Source: Chloroflexota bacterium (lineage in GTDB: Bacteria > Chloroflexota > Dehalococcoidia > UBA2979). From it: a DNA stretch of 59,420 nucleotides. Below the pieces are notes generated by a model, which had not been told where the DNA came from, searched no databases, and saw only the letters and a program-made list of their open reading frames with translations. A program made the translations under genes and the position numbers. Positions within the stretch are counted from its first letter, which is position 1. Every line of letters starts with the position of its first letter. The DNA is taken from NCBI GenBank assembly GCA_009837285.1, contig VXTU01000140.1, positions 1 to 59,420 of the forward strand. The letters run 5' to 3'. This document shows, piece by piece, positions 1 to 8,620 of this stretch.

Positions 1-60
1 GGGACGCTTGAGGCAGTTCTGCGGAGCCGCAGCGCGTTCCGCTACTTCGACCGCGAGTGA
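1..60 (+). CDS. Partial CDS: last 19 codons of a second HicB-like/UPF0150 paralog entering from the left edge
   Basis: Frame 1 reads GTLEAVLRSRSAFRYFDRE-stop. This matches the C-terminus of the minus-strand ORF 299..553 except for one residue (R instead of P). It lies in the left arm of the inverted duplication. Confidence 0.5.
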   Translation, partial: GTLEAVLRSRSAFRYFDRE

Positions 61-87
61 CGCTGCGAGCACACGTCCACGGGCGGG
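1..87. repeat. Left arm of an inverted duplication of at least 87 bp (pairs with 272..358; 86/87 identical)
   Basis: Base-by-base reverse-complement comparison: position p pairs with 359-p, with a single mismatch at position 53/306. The arm reaches the window edge, so it may be longer. Confidence 0.9.
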
Positions 88-143
88 GTTAGTGGGGTCT
101 GCTCGATACGCAACTATGGCGTGCAGTCGGAGACGAGCGGCCG

Positions 144-317
144 ATGGCCCGGTTCATGGAGCGGTTTGAGCGGCATCTGGCGAACGACCCGGAACTGCGG
201 GCCGAGTACGAACGCCTCCGGCCCTGCTTCCGCGTGATCAGCGACGCCATTTCAGCGCGATCTCCAGCGAACCCGCCCGTGGACGTGTGCTCGCAGCGTC
301 ACTCGGGGTCGAAGTAG
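144..317 (+). pseudogene. Possible truncated N-terminal fragment of an XRE/HTH-type antitoxin-like gene
   Basis: The ATG at 144 gives MARFMERFERHLANDPELRAEYERLRPCFRVISDAISAR. This resembles the N-terminal leader that normally precedes the HTH in XRE-family antitoxins. At position 272 the ORF runs into the repeat arm and continues as unrelated sequence to a stop at 315..317 (57 aa). No HTH follows. Confidence 0.3.
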
Positions 318-358
318 CGGAACGCGCTGCGGCTCCGCAGAACTGCCTCAAGCGTCCC
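272..358. repeat. Right arm of the inverted duplication (pairs with 1..87)
   Basis: It is the reverse complement of 1..87. It covers the last 19 codons plus stop of the 299..553 gene and 27 bp downstream of it. Confidence 0.9.
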
Positions 359-553
359 GAGCTCGCGACACGACTCAACGAACAGGCGAGCAGCCTCGCT
401 TAGGTTCTCGCGAGCCTCCGCCGGGGTGTCGCCCTGGCTATACACCTCGAGCGTCGGCCAGAAGGAGACATAGGCATCGTCCTCGCGCCAGACTCGGCCC
501 TCCGGGCCCACCGAGGCCAATAGTCGTTGGAGTAGCTGGTCAGTCTCGCTCAA
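299..553 (-). CDS. HicB-like (UPF0150) antitoxin-family small protein, with no adjacent HicA
   Basis: The 84-aa ORF contains FWPTLEVYSQGDTPAEARENLSEAARLFVESC, typical of the HicB/UPF0150 fold. Only 12 nt separate its start from the acyP stop, so there is no room for a hicA partner. Confidence 0.6.
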   Translation of the reverse strand: MSETDQLLQRLLASVGPEGRVWREDDAYVSFWPTLEVYSQGDTPAEARENLSEAARLFVESCRELGTLEAVLRSRSAFRYFDPE

Positions 554-565
554 CGCGCTGATCTC

Positions 566-904
566 CTATATGACCGCCTCGAAGCCGGCGAACTCGCCCG
601 TCGGCTCCTCCCAGCGGTACTCCAGGTTGTGCACCATCGCCAGCGGCGGGCCCTCGCGCAGGCGGGTGATGAAGCTGCGCAGCGTCGGCTCGTCGGCCTC
701 CGCCTGCACCTCGACGGTGCGGCCGTCGGGGAGGTTGCGGGCGTAGCCGTCGACCTGCAGGCGCTGCGCCTCGTACACGCAGAACGCGCGGTAGCTCACG
801 CCCTGCACCCGCCCAACCGCCTTCGCCACGATGCGGCGACGCCGGCGTGGGTCGACGATGGGTCGCGGTTCCTCGGTGTCGCCGTTCTCGCCGAAGCCGA
901 TCAT
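566..904 (-). CDS. acyP: Acylphosphatase
   Basis: Both acylphosphatase signatures are present (VGRVQGVSYRAF and GYARNLPDGRTVEV). An ATGA start/stop overlap joins it to the aroKB stop at 901..904. Confidence 0.9.
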   Translation of the reverse strand: MIGFGENGDTEEPRPIVDPRRRRRIVAKAVGRVQGVSYRAFCVYEAQRLQVDGYARNLPDGRTVEVQAEADEPTLRSFITRLREGPPLAMVHNLEYRWEEPTGEFAGFEAVI

Positions 905-2601
905 GACGCGACGAGACCGCGCACGATCTCGCGCACCAGGTCTTCGGGCACGTCATTGCGGACCACCGGGCGGCCGATCTCCTCGAGCAACACAAAGCGG
1001 AGCCGACCGCGCTCGACCTTCTTGTCGAGGCGCATCGCACCGAGCACGGCCTCGGGGTCGACGCCGGGAGCGGACAGCGGGAGGCCGAGTGCGCGCAGCA
1101 CGTCCCCCTGGCGGGCGATGATCTCGCGGTCGTGGAGGCCGAGGCGTTCGCCGATGCGGGCGGCGCCCATCATGCCGGCCGCGATCGCCTCGCCGTGCAG
1201 GTATTCCGTGTAGCCCGTGGCCGCCTCGATGCCGTGGCCGATGGTGTGGCCGTAGTTGAGGATGGCGCGCAGTCCCTGCTCCGTCGGATCGGCCGAGACG
1301 ACGAGGGACTTGAGACGCGCCGAGCGCGCGGTGACGCGCGTCAGCAGTTCGGTGTCGAGCGGCGGTGCGACGAGCGCCCCAGCGTGGCGCTCGATCTCGT
1401 CCATGAGGCCCGGGTCGAGGATGAGCGCGTGCTTGACCACCTCGGCCAGGCCCTCGGCCAGTGCGCGGCGGGGCAGCGTGGTCAGCAGCTCGACATCCGA
1501 GATGACGGCGCGAGGCTGGTGGAACGCGCCGACGAGGTTCTTGCCCTGCGGCAGGTCGACGGCGACCTTGCCGCCGATCGACGCGTCGTTCATCGCCAGC
1601 ACGGTCGTCGGCACCTGCACGAGCGGCATGCCGCGCAGGTACGTCGCCGCGACGTGGCCGGCGAGGTCGCCGACGACGCCGCCGCCGAGCGCCAGGATCG
1701 TGTCGCGCCGCTCCGCGCGCGACTCGGCGAGCCACGCGTAGATCTCCTCGGCGACACGCAGCCGCTTCGACGGCTCGCCCGAGGGGACGACGTACGAGGC
1801 GCCCTGGAACCCGCCCGCATCGAGGGCTTCGATCAGCACCTCGCCGTGGGCGTTCATCACGTTCTCGTCGACGATGAGGTAGACGGTGCCGTCGAGTCCG
1901 AGCTGGTGGAGCCGGTCCGGTACGCGCGCGAGCTCGCCCGCGCCGACCCAGATGGGGTAGCGGTCCTTGCCGGTGTCGACGATCGCAGCGGGTCCGACGG
2001 CGGGCGGGTGCATGCCGAGCCGTTCGAGGCGGCGCTCGCCGCCCGCGAGGGCCGACGCGCCGCCGCCCCACGCGCGCAGGATGCGTTCCGCAACGTCCTC
2101 GGGCGCCAGCCCCTGCGTCGGCACCCACAGGTCGGCGTGCGAGTAGGCGACGCGGCGCTCGTCGTCGAGCTCTTGTAGCCGCGCCTCGAGGTCCCCAGCG
2201 AGCAGCGGGCGCTCGCTGCCGTCGACCGCGTCCCGGACGCGGCGCGCGATCTCGGTGGGCGTCGCGTCGAGCCAGCACAGCAGTGCGCGCTCGCCGAGCG
2301 TGCGGCGCGAGCGGGCGCTGAGGAACACGCCGCCCCCCGTCGCGATCACGGCGGGCACGCGCTTCGCGGCCTCGGCGACCACGCGCTCCTCGATCTTGCG
2401 GAACGCCGGTTCGCCGTCCTCGGTGATGAGTTCGGCGGGCGTGCGGCCTTCGGCTTCGGTGACGAGGTCGTCGGTGTCGATGAGCGGCCAGCCAAGCCGG
2501 TCGGCGAGGATCGCGCCCGTCGAGGACTTGCCGACGCCGCTCAGGCCGACGAGCACGATCTGGCGCACGGCGCCGCGGGCGGCCTCGTTGGCTGGACTCA
2601 C
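901..2601 (-). CDS. aroKB: Bifunctional shikimate kinase / 3-dehydroquinate synthase (AroK-AroB fusion)
   Basis: The N-terminus has the P-loop GLSGVGKSSTG and DTDDLV (shikimate kinase). The C-terminal ~360 aa carry GGGVVGDLAGHVAATYLRGMPLVQVPTT and GHTIGHGIEA (dehydroquinate synthase). It is a single uninterrupted 566-aa ORF. Confidence 0.92.
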   Translation of the reverse strand: MSPANEAARGAVRQIVLVGLSGVGKSSTGAILADRLGWPLIDTDDLVTEAEGRTPAELITEDGEPAFRKIEERVVAEAAKRVPAVIATGGGVFLSARSRRTLGERALLCWLDATPTEIARRVRDAVDGSERPLLAGDLEARLQELDDERRVAYSHADLWVPTQGLAPEDVAERILRAWGGGASALAGGERRLERLGMHPPAVGPAAIVDTGKDRYPIWVGAGELARVPDRLHQLGLDGTVYLIVDENVMNAHGEVLIEALDAGGFQGASYVVPSGEPSKRLRVAEEIYAWLAESRAERRDTILALGGGVVGDLAGHVAATYLRGMPLVQVPTTVLAMNDASIGGKVAVDLPQGKNLVGAFHQPRAVISDVELLTTLPRRALAEGLAEVVKHALILDPGLMDEIERHAGALVAPPLDTELLTRVTARSARLKSLVVSADPTEQGLRAILNYGHTIGHGIEAATGYTEYLHGEAIAAGMMGAARIGERLGLHDREIIARQGDVLRALGLPLSAPGVDPEAVLGAMRLDKKVERGRLRFVLLEEIGRPVVRNDVPEDLVREIVRGLVAS

Positions 2602-3791
2602 GCGCGTGGCTCCCTCGGGCCGACCGTCTCGACGTAGGCGGCGGCATTGCGCTTGAACTCGTCGATGTGGTCGCCGCCGAACTTCTCGAGCGCGGCGTCG
2701 GCGAGCACGATGCAGAGCACGGCCTCACCGATCACGCCCGCCGCCGGCACGACGCACTGGTCGGCACGCTCGTAGAACGCCTCGGCGGCCTCGCCGGTGA
2801 GCAGGTCGGCGGTGGGGAGTCGGCGCGGCAGCGTGGAGATCGGCTTCAGCGCGCCGCGCACCACGATGTCCTGGCCGTTACTCATGCCGGCCTCGATGCC
2901 GCCCGCGCGGTTGGTGGGACGCTCCCACTTGCGGTCGTCCTCCCACTCGCTGGCCGGGAGTAGCGCGTCGTGGACCTCGGAGCCCGGCTTGTGCGCGTTC
3001 TCGAACGCGGGCCCGATCTCGACGCCCTTCACGGCGTTGATGCCGAGGATTGCCGCGGCAATGCGCGCGTCCAGCCGGCGGTCCCACTGCACGTGCGCAC
3101 CGAGGCCGATCGGCAGCCCGCGGGCGCGCACCTCGAAGATGCCGCCGAGGCTGTCGAGCGCTTCCTTCGCCGCGTCGATGGCCGCGATCATGTGCGGCTC
3201 CGCGTCGGGGTCGCCGACGCGGACGGGCGACCGCTCGATCGCATCCCACTCGACGCCGTCCCAGTCGTCCGCGGTCTTCGCCACGACGTCGCCAATGGCG
3301 ATGGTCTGCGAGCGCACCTCGATGCCGATCTCGGCGAGCAGCGCGCGCGCCACCGAGCCGGCAGCGACGCGCGCCGCCGTCTCGCGGGCGCTCGACCGCT
3401 CGAGGATCTGCCTGACGTCGTCGAGGCCGTACTTCTGCGTGCCGGCGAGATCGGCGTGGCCGGGGCGCAGCAACGTGACGCGGTCGACCTCCTCGTCGAC
3501 CGGCTCGACGGCCATGCGCACGCGCCAGTTGGCGTTGTTGTGATCCTTGTTCTCCAGCCACAGTGCGATGGGTGAACCGATGGTCCGGCCGTGCCGGACG
3601 CCCGAGGTGATCTCGGCGCGGTCCTTCTCGATCTGCTGCCGCTTGCCGCGGCCGTAGCCGCCCTGGCGGCGCACCAGGTCCGCGGCGATCCAGTCCTCGC
3701 TGAGCTCCATGCCGGCCGGGACGCCCTCGATCACAGTCGTCAGGCCCTTGCCGTGCGACTCGCCCGCGGTGAGGAAACGGAAGTTGGTCAT
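2598..3791 (-). CDS. aroC: Chorismate synthase
   Basis: MTNFRFLTAGESHGKGL, RPGHADL and ERSSARETAARVAAG are present. It overlaps the downstream aroKB start through GTGA. Confidence 0.95.
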   Translation of the reverse strand: MTNFRFLTAGESHGKGLTTVIEGVPAGMELSEDWIAADLVRRQGGYGRGKRQQIEKDRAEITSGVRHGRTIGSPIALWLENKDHNNANWRVRMAVEPVDEEVDRVTLLRPGHADLAGTQKYGLDDVRQILERSSARETAARVAAGSVARALLAEIGIEVRSQTIAIGDVVAKTADDWDGVEWDAIERSPVRVGDPDAEPHMIAAIDAAKEALDSLGGIFEVRARGLPIGLGAHVQWDRRLDARIAAAILGINAVKGVEIGPAFENAHKPGSEVHDALLPASEWEDDRKWERPTNRAGGIEAGMSNGQDIVVRGALKPISTLPRRLPTADLLTGEAAEAFYERADQCVVPAAGVIGEAVLCIVLADAALEKFGGDHIDEFKRNAAAYVETVGPREPRA

Positions 3792-4453
3792 GGCCCCGCA
3801 TCTCCGGCCGGAGTCGCGCCGTTGGCGCGCGTGGCGGCCTCCGCTTCCCCCGCCGTGATCAGCGCCCCGACACCTGGGTCGAGGTCACGCGTGGGCGTCG
3901 CCTCGCGCGTCGACCACGCTTTCAGGATCGCAGGTGCGGCGTCATCGTCCCAGTCCGTGATCACCGCCTCCCCGCGGCTCAGCTGCGTCGTGAGCAGGCA
4001 TTCGGACTCGACCTCGCCCTCGGCGCTGCGGTACTCGGCGTACACGTCGACCTGCACCGCCTCGAAACGGGCGAGGGGAATGTCGTAGAGCAGCCGCTCG
4101 GCCATGCGCACGGCAGAGCGCCGTGCGACGTCCGACGGCGGGCCCACCTGCTCGCGCACGCCGTCGACGACACGGATGTCGGGCTCGGCCAGCAACGAGA
4201 CGCGGCAGCGCTCGGTGTCCGCCGCGATCAGCTCGGCCGACACGAGCGCGCGCCAGTCGGCGGGTGGCACGTCAGGCGGCGGCCGCATCCGGCGCCACGT
4301 CTCGAACGCTTCGAGGACCGAAGCCTGGAGCGCGTCGAGGTCGCCCTCGGCGATGATGCGCCGCCAGTGACGCTGCGAGAAGAACGACTGCGTGATGACA
4401 AGGCCGAGGAAGCCGCCGACGACCAGCATGAGGAGTACGCCGAGCTCGATCAC
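3788..4453 (-). CDS. Hypothetical protein with an N-terminal TM anchor, embedded in the shikimate operon
   Basis: The GTG at 4453 overlaps the aroE TGA (GTGA), and its own TGA overlaps the aroC ATG (ATGA). The N-terminus is the hydrophobic IELGVLLMLVVGGFLGLVI, followed by a soluble ~190-aa domain with no motif I recognise. Confidence 0.55.
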   Translation of the reverse strand: MIELGVLLMLVVGGFLGLVITQSFFSQRHWRRIIAEGDLDALQASVLEAFETWRRMRPPPDVPPADWRALVSAELIAADTERCRVSLLAEPDIRVVDGVREQVGPPSDVARRSAVRMAERLLYDIPLARFEAVQVDVYAEYRSAEGEVESECLLTTQLSRGEAVITDWDDDAAPAILKAWSTREATPTRDLDPGVGALITAGEAEAATRANGATPAGDAGP

Positions 4454-5322
4454 TGCGCTGTCTCCTCCGCGCTCCGGGCGGAAAGCGCCGCCCGCGCGGC
4501 CGCGAACATCGTCTCGGTCGGCGGCTGCAGGCCCGTCCACATGCGGAACGACTCGGCCCCCTGGTACACGAGCATCCCGAGTCCGCCGATGGGTTGCGCG
4601 CCCGCGGCCTCGGCTGCCCGCAGGAAGGGCGTGTGCTCCGGGATGTAGACGAGGTCGAGGGCCGCCTGCCCGGCGGCGAACAACTCGGCTGGAATGGGCG
4701 TCGCCGACTCGTCCGGGCCATGCCGCATCCCGAGCGTCGTCGAGTGTATCACCAGCCGGGCGCGCTCCATCGCCCCGCGCAGCAGCGGCGAACCACTGTC
4801 CAGCGGCGCGATCCGCACCTCCATCCCGTCGCCGCCGAGGTCGGTCAACGCCGCGGCGTTCTCAGGCGTGCGGTTCGCGATCGTGAGCCGCGCGGCGCCC
4901 TCGGCGCGCATCGCGACGACCGCTGCGCGAGCCGCCCCGCCCGCTCCGATCAGGACCACCTCGGCGTCCGCAACCTCGACGCCCGCGTCCGCGAGCGTGC
5001 GTAGCACGCCGGCGACGTCCGTGTTCGCGCCGTGCAGTCGTCCCTCGCGCGGTACCACCGTGTTGACGGCCCCGACCTGCTCCGCAAGCGAATCGACCTG
5101 GTCGGCGCGCCCGAGCAGCTCGACCTTGTGCGGCACGGTGACGTTCGCGCCGAGCACGCCCTCCCCGCGCAGGCGTTCGACCGCCGGCGCGACCTCGCCG
5201 GGGGCCACGTCCCACGCCTCGTACCGCGCGTCGACGCCCAGCGCGTCGAGCGCGGCCTGCTGCATGGGCGGCGAGATCGAGTGCGCCACCGGGTGGCCCA
5301 GCAGCGCAATGGTCGCGGTCAC
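4450..5322 (-). CDS. aroE: Shikimate dehydrogenase
   Basis: GHPVAHSISPPMQQAA, NVTVPHK, NTD and GAGGAARA are present. The start is set at GTG 5322 (VTATIALLGHP). The longer track ORF extending to 5649 is an Arg/Ser-rich extension that overlaps mltG. Confidence 0.9.
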   Translation of the reverse strand: MTATIALLGHPVAHSISPPMQQAALDALGVDARYEAWDVAPGEVAPAVERLRGEGVLGANVTVPHKVELLGRADQVDSLAEQVGAVNTVVPREGRLHGANTDVAGVLRTLADAGVEVADAEVVLIGAGGAARAAVVAMRAEGAARLTIANRTPENAAALTDLGGDGMEVRIAPLDSGSPLLRGAMERARLVIHSTTLGMRHGPDESATPIPAELFAAGQAALDLVYIPEHTPFLRAAEAAGAQPIGGLGMLVYQGAESFRMWTGLQPPTETMFAAARAALSARSAEETAQ

Positions 5323-5338
5323 TGGGCGTCCACGCAGC

Positions 5339-6439
5339 TCATGGCCGGGCGTAGCGCTCGACGTTCGCCTCGTGCTCGGCGAGCGTCTCGGCGAAGGCGT
5401 GCGATCCGTCGCCCTTCGCGACGAAGTAGAAGAAGTCCGATTCCGCGGGCCGCAACACGGCGAGGATTGCGCCGAGACCCGGATTCGCGATCGGCCCGGG
5501 CGGCAGGCCGGGAACGAGGTAGGTGTTGTACGGCGAGTCGAACGCGAGGTCATCGAGCGTGAGTTCGACCTTCCACCACCCGTCCGCGGGCTCCTCCTCG
5601 GCCCCCTCGGTGATGGCGAACTGCACCGTCGGGTCCGCGTACAGTGCAATACCGGAGTCGAGCCGGTTCAGGAACACCGAGGCGATCAGCGGGCGCTCCT
5701 CGGGCAGGACCGCCTCCCGCTCGATGATCGAGGCGAGCGTGACCACCTCGTGCAGCGTCATGCCGCGCGCCTCGATCTGCGAGCGGATGGCGGGGCTGAC
5801 GGCGTCGCTGAACGCGTCCACCATCGCCTCGACGATGCTCTCGGCCGTCGTGTCGTTTTCGAGCGGGTAGGTCGCCGGGTACAGGTAGCCGGTCAGGTCC
5901 GCGCCGGGCGGGCGGGCCCGGAGGAGCGGCTCCAGACGCGGGCGCGCGAGCGCCTCCCCCCACTCCTCGTCGGTCGCGATACCGAGGGCGACGACGATCT
6001 CACCCACCTCCTCGACACGCAGTCCTTCCGGGATGATGAGCACGACCTCGCGTGTGAGGCCGAGGCGCATCTTGCGGATGACCTCCGGCGCCGGCGTGTT
6101 GGGCGCAAACTCGTAGCGCCCGGACCGCAGCTGCGAGCCCACGCCGGTGTAGCCGAGCAACGTGTGGAACCGTCCCGTCTCGGCGAGCACGCCGCGCGCG
6201 AACAGCTGCGTCGCGATCGCGTCCGCACCCGAGCCGGGGAGGACCTCGACGGCGAGGGCGCCGTCGCGCTCGACAGTCGCCGCGGTGATAGCGACGGCGG
6301 CGCCGCCGCCCTCGCTCGCGTCCACCGCTATGACGCCCTGTGTGCCTTCGAGGTTCGATGACGCGACGGAGCCGACGAACAGCGCCCAGGCCGCGAGCAG
6401 TGCGTAGACGAGGAGGATCGGGTCCAGGAGCCGCGTCAT
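5339..6439 (-). CDS. mltG: Endolytic murein transglycosylase MltG (YceG family)
   Basis: There is an N-terminal TM segment. LASIIEREA and NTYLVPGLPPGPIANPG are YceG hallmarks. An ATGA overlap joins it to the ruvX stop. Confidence 0.9.
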   Translation of the reverse strand: MTRLLDPILLVYALLAAWALFVGSVASSNLEGTQGVIAVDASEGGGAAVAITAATVERDGALAVEVLPGSGADAIATQLFARGVLAETGRFHTLLGYTGVGSQLRSGRYEFAPNTPAPEVIRKMRLGLTREVVLIIPEGLRVEEVGEIVVALGIATDEEWGEALARPRLEPLLRARPPGADLTGYLYPATYPLENDTTAESIVEAMVDAFSDAVSPAIRSQIEARGMTLHEVVTLASIIEREAVLPEERPLIASVFLNRLDSGIALYADPTVQFAITEGAEEEPADGWWKVELTLDDLAFDSPYNTYLVPGLPPGPIANPGLGAILAVLRPAESDFFYFVAKGDGSHAFAETLAEHEANVERYARP

Positions 6440-6867
6440 GGGTCTCCACCACCGCTTCGTGCGCGCTCGCCGCGCCGTCGGTCGATGAACTGCTGGAGTA
6501 GTAGCGCGGCCGCGATATCGTCTGCGGACTCACCGCGCGGCGCCCCTCGCTCGGCGGCCACGGACGTCAGGCGCTCGTCCTCGTACTCGATCGGCAAATC
6601 GAGCCGCGCGAGGCGGTCGCCAAGCTTTCGGGCGGCGCGCGCCGCCTCGCCCTCGATGCCTTCGAGCGTGCGCGGGAGGCCGATCACGATGCCCCCGATC
6701 TGCTCGCGGCGCACGATCGCTCGGATCGCCGGGAACGCCGCGGCCGCCGGGACGATCTCGATCGGGACCGCGACGCGCTCCTCGGGATCGCAGGCGGCCA
6801 GGCCCACGCGGACGCTGCCCGGGTCCACGCCGAGCCAGCGCATGGCCTCGTCGCCGCGCTCACTCAT
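6436..6867 (-). CDS. ruvX: Holliday junction resolvase-like RuvX (YqgF)
   Basis: WLGVDPGSVRVGLA and IVIGLPRTLEG are present. The start is ATG 6867 (MSERGDEAMRWLG) or ATG 6843. Upstream track residues are low-complexity. Confidence 0.85.
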   Translation of the reverse strand: MSERGDEAMRWLGVDPGSVRVGLAACDPEERVAVPIEIVPAAAAFPAIRAIVRREQIGGIVIGLPRTLEGIEGEAARAARKLGDRLARLDLPIEYEDERLTSVAAERGAPRGESADDIAAALLLQQFIDRRRGERARSGGGDP

Positions 6868-8614
6868 CCCCGGTGTCCTCGCCCTCTGTGTCTTCTTCGT
6901 CGTCCGGGAGTCCGGCGATCTCGGCGGCGAGGTCCTCCTCGCTGAGGAACACGACCGAGATGCGGTCCTCGCGCTGCGGCATCCGCACGGCGGGGAGCCA
7001 CGTGGGGTGGACGCGGATGAGCGGTTCGACGTCGAGCTCGAGTTGCCCACGCAGCCGCTCCGCCGCCGTCGCCGGCGCGACGCCGGTGAGGAGGCCTCGC
7101 AGCGTCGTGGGGTCGAACAACTCGGTCGCGAGCCCGGTCGCGGTCAGCGTGGCCACCAGCCGGCTGCCGTCGAACGTCGGATCATCAGCCACCATCTCGG
7201 CGCTGCCCGGGATGAGCGCCATGCCGTCCGGCAATACGCTCACGAGGATTTGCTCCGCGGCGCGCTCGGCGGCGGCGTCGGGCAGGACGACCGCGGAGAC
7301 GATGGCCGTGTACTCCATCAGGAACGTTTCGGCCGGCTCACCTATCTCCACCAGGGGTTCCTGGCTCAAGATGGCGACGGTCACGCTCTCCTGAAACACC
7401 GTCCCATCCTCAATGATCCGTTCGAGCGCACGCGTACCGGCCCGTCGTAGCACGTCCTCGGCGATCCCGCTCACGCGCACCCTGTCGTCGGCAGCCGCGG
7501 CCGGCACCTCGATGTCCGCACCCCCCTCGGCGGCGACCGGGTTGGTGACAGCCAGCGTGGTCGGGAAGCCGATCATGAACCGCAGCGTGCTGGCCTCGAC
7601 GTTGCCGACGGTCCCGGGCTGGATGGCCGTGGCCCCGATGTACGCCGTCTCGCCGGCGGGGACCGTCACAGCCTCGTCGGTGGTGAACGTGAGCTCGTCG
7701 GGGTCCTCGACGGCCGTGCCGACAGGCAGCCGCACGTCGGCCGCGCCGCTGTTGGTGAACTCCAACTCAACGGTCGCCGGCAGGTCGCCGACGCTGGTGG
7801 TACCCGTCGTGACCGTCGACGCCACCGCCACGATCGTCTCACTGACCGAGGTCGCCCCCACGACGCCCTCGGCAATGTTGGTCTCGCCGACGGGGCTGAT
7901 GTGGACCCGCACGGACGTCGTGAGCGGCTCGCCCGGCGGCGCGATGAAGATGTCCGCCGAGGGCACGTAGTACGCGATGGCGCCGAACGCGAGGATGGGG
8001 ATGGCCGCGAATGCGGCCAGGCGCAGCAACGGCGTCAGCGGCGGCGGACGCAGCGTCAGCTCGCGCGGCCCGAGCGGGATGCGCAGCGTGGGCATGTCGC
8101 GCAGGCCGGTCGACGTGCGTGCGGCCCGGAGGCCCGCGTTCAGTGCGTGCTGGCGGACATCGCGCCGGCTCGCCAGCACGTGCACGGTGAGGCCGCGCTG
8201 CCGCGCGTAGGCCGCGATGCGCGGCCACGCCATCGCCTCGCGCAGCCCGCGCGCCCGGCGCGGCACCACCAGCAGCACCTCCACCTCGCTCGCGGTGTCG
8301 ATGCGGCCGATGATCGAGCTGGCGTCGTCCTCGCGGCGTGCGACGACCGTGGCCGCGCCCGCCATGTACGGCACGCTGCGCGGGACGTTGCGAGGCCGCC
8401 TGCGTCGTCGGGTCCTGGGCGGCGCGGCCGCCTCGCCTCGACGCGAGGCGCGCCAGTCCGCGACGAACTGCCTCCACTCGTCGCGCAGGCGGCCCGGTAT
8501 CTCGCGTGCCGACGCAGCCCAGCGGTCGAGCAACGAGCCCCCGTCGGTCCTGCCGGGGCGGGTGTCCGAGGGTTCGGATTCGCGCGCGCTGTCGTCCGGT
8601 TCGTGCGATGTCAC
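6860..8614 (-). CDS. Membrane-anchored protein with a baseplate J (gp47)-like C-terminal region; function unknown
   Basis: A 584-aa ORF. It has an Arg-rich cytoplasmic N-terminus and one TM segment (LLRLAAFAAIPILAFGAIAYYV). The extracytoplasmic part contains AGETAYIGATAIQPGTVGNVEASTL...LAVTNPVAAEGGAD, which resembles the conserved motif pair of baseplate J family proteins. Recognition-based only. Confidence 0.45.
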   Translation of the reverse strand: MTSHEPDDSARESEPSDTRPGRTDGGSLLDRWAASAREIPGRLRDEWRQFVADWRASRRGEAAAPPRTRRRRRPRNVPRSVPYMAGAATVVARREDDASSIIGRIDTASEVEVLLVVPRRARGLREAMAWPRIAAYARQRGLTVHVLASRRDVRQHALNAGLRAARTSTGLRDMPTLRIPLGPRELTLRPPPLTPLLRLAAFAAIPILAFGAIAYYVPSADIFIAPPGEPLTTSVRVHISPVGETNIAEGVVGATSVSETIVAVASTVTTGTTSVGDLPATVELEFTNSGAADVRLPVGTAVEDPDELTFTTDEAVTVPAGETAYIGATAIQPGTVGNVEASTLRFMIGFPTTLAVTNPVAAEGGADIEVPAAAADDRVRVSGIAEDVLRRAGTRALERIIEDGTVFQESVTVAILSQEPLVEIGEPAETFLMEYTAIVSAVVLPDAAAERAAEQILVSVLPDGMALIPGSAEMVADDPTFDGSRLVATLTATGLATELFDPTTLRGLLTGVAPATAAERLRGQLELDVEPLIRVHPTWLPAVRMPQREDRISVVFLSEEDLAAEIAGLPDDEEDTEGEDTGDE

Positions 8615-8620
8615 TGCCGG

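Noticed and set aside
953-2728. Long alternative-frame and antisense ORFs throughout the window. Examples are 953..2728, 4694..6361, 15410..17245, 34922..38248, 42398..44572, 44142..46460, 24150..25742 (5-prime part) and 18995..20932 (5-prime part).
   Set aside because: These are typical high-GC shadow ORFs. Their translations are Arg/Ala/Pro/Gly-rich low-complexity strings with no motifs. Each overlaps a gene with unmistakable conserved motifs in another frame or strand.
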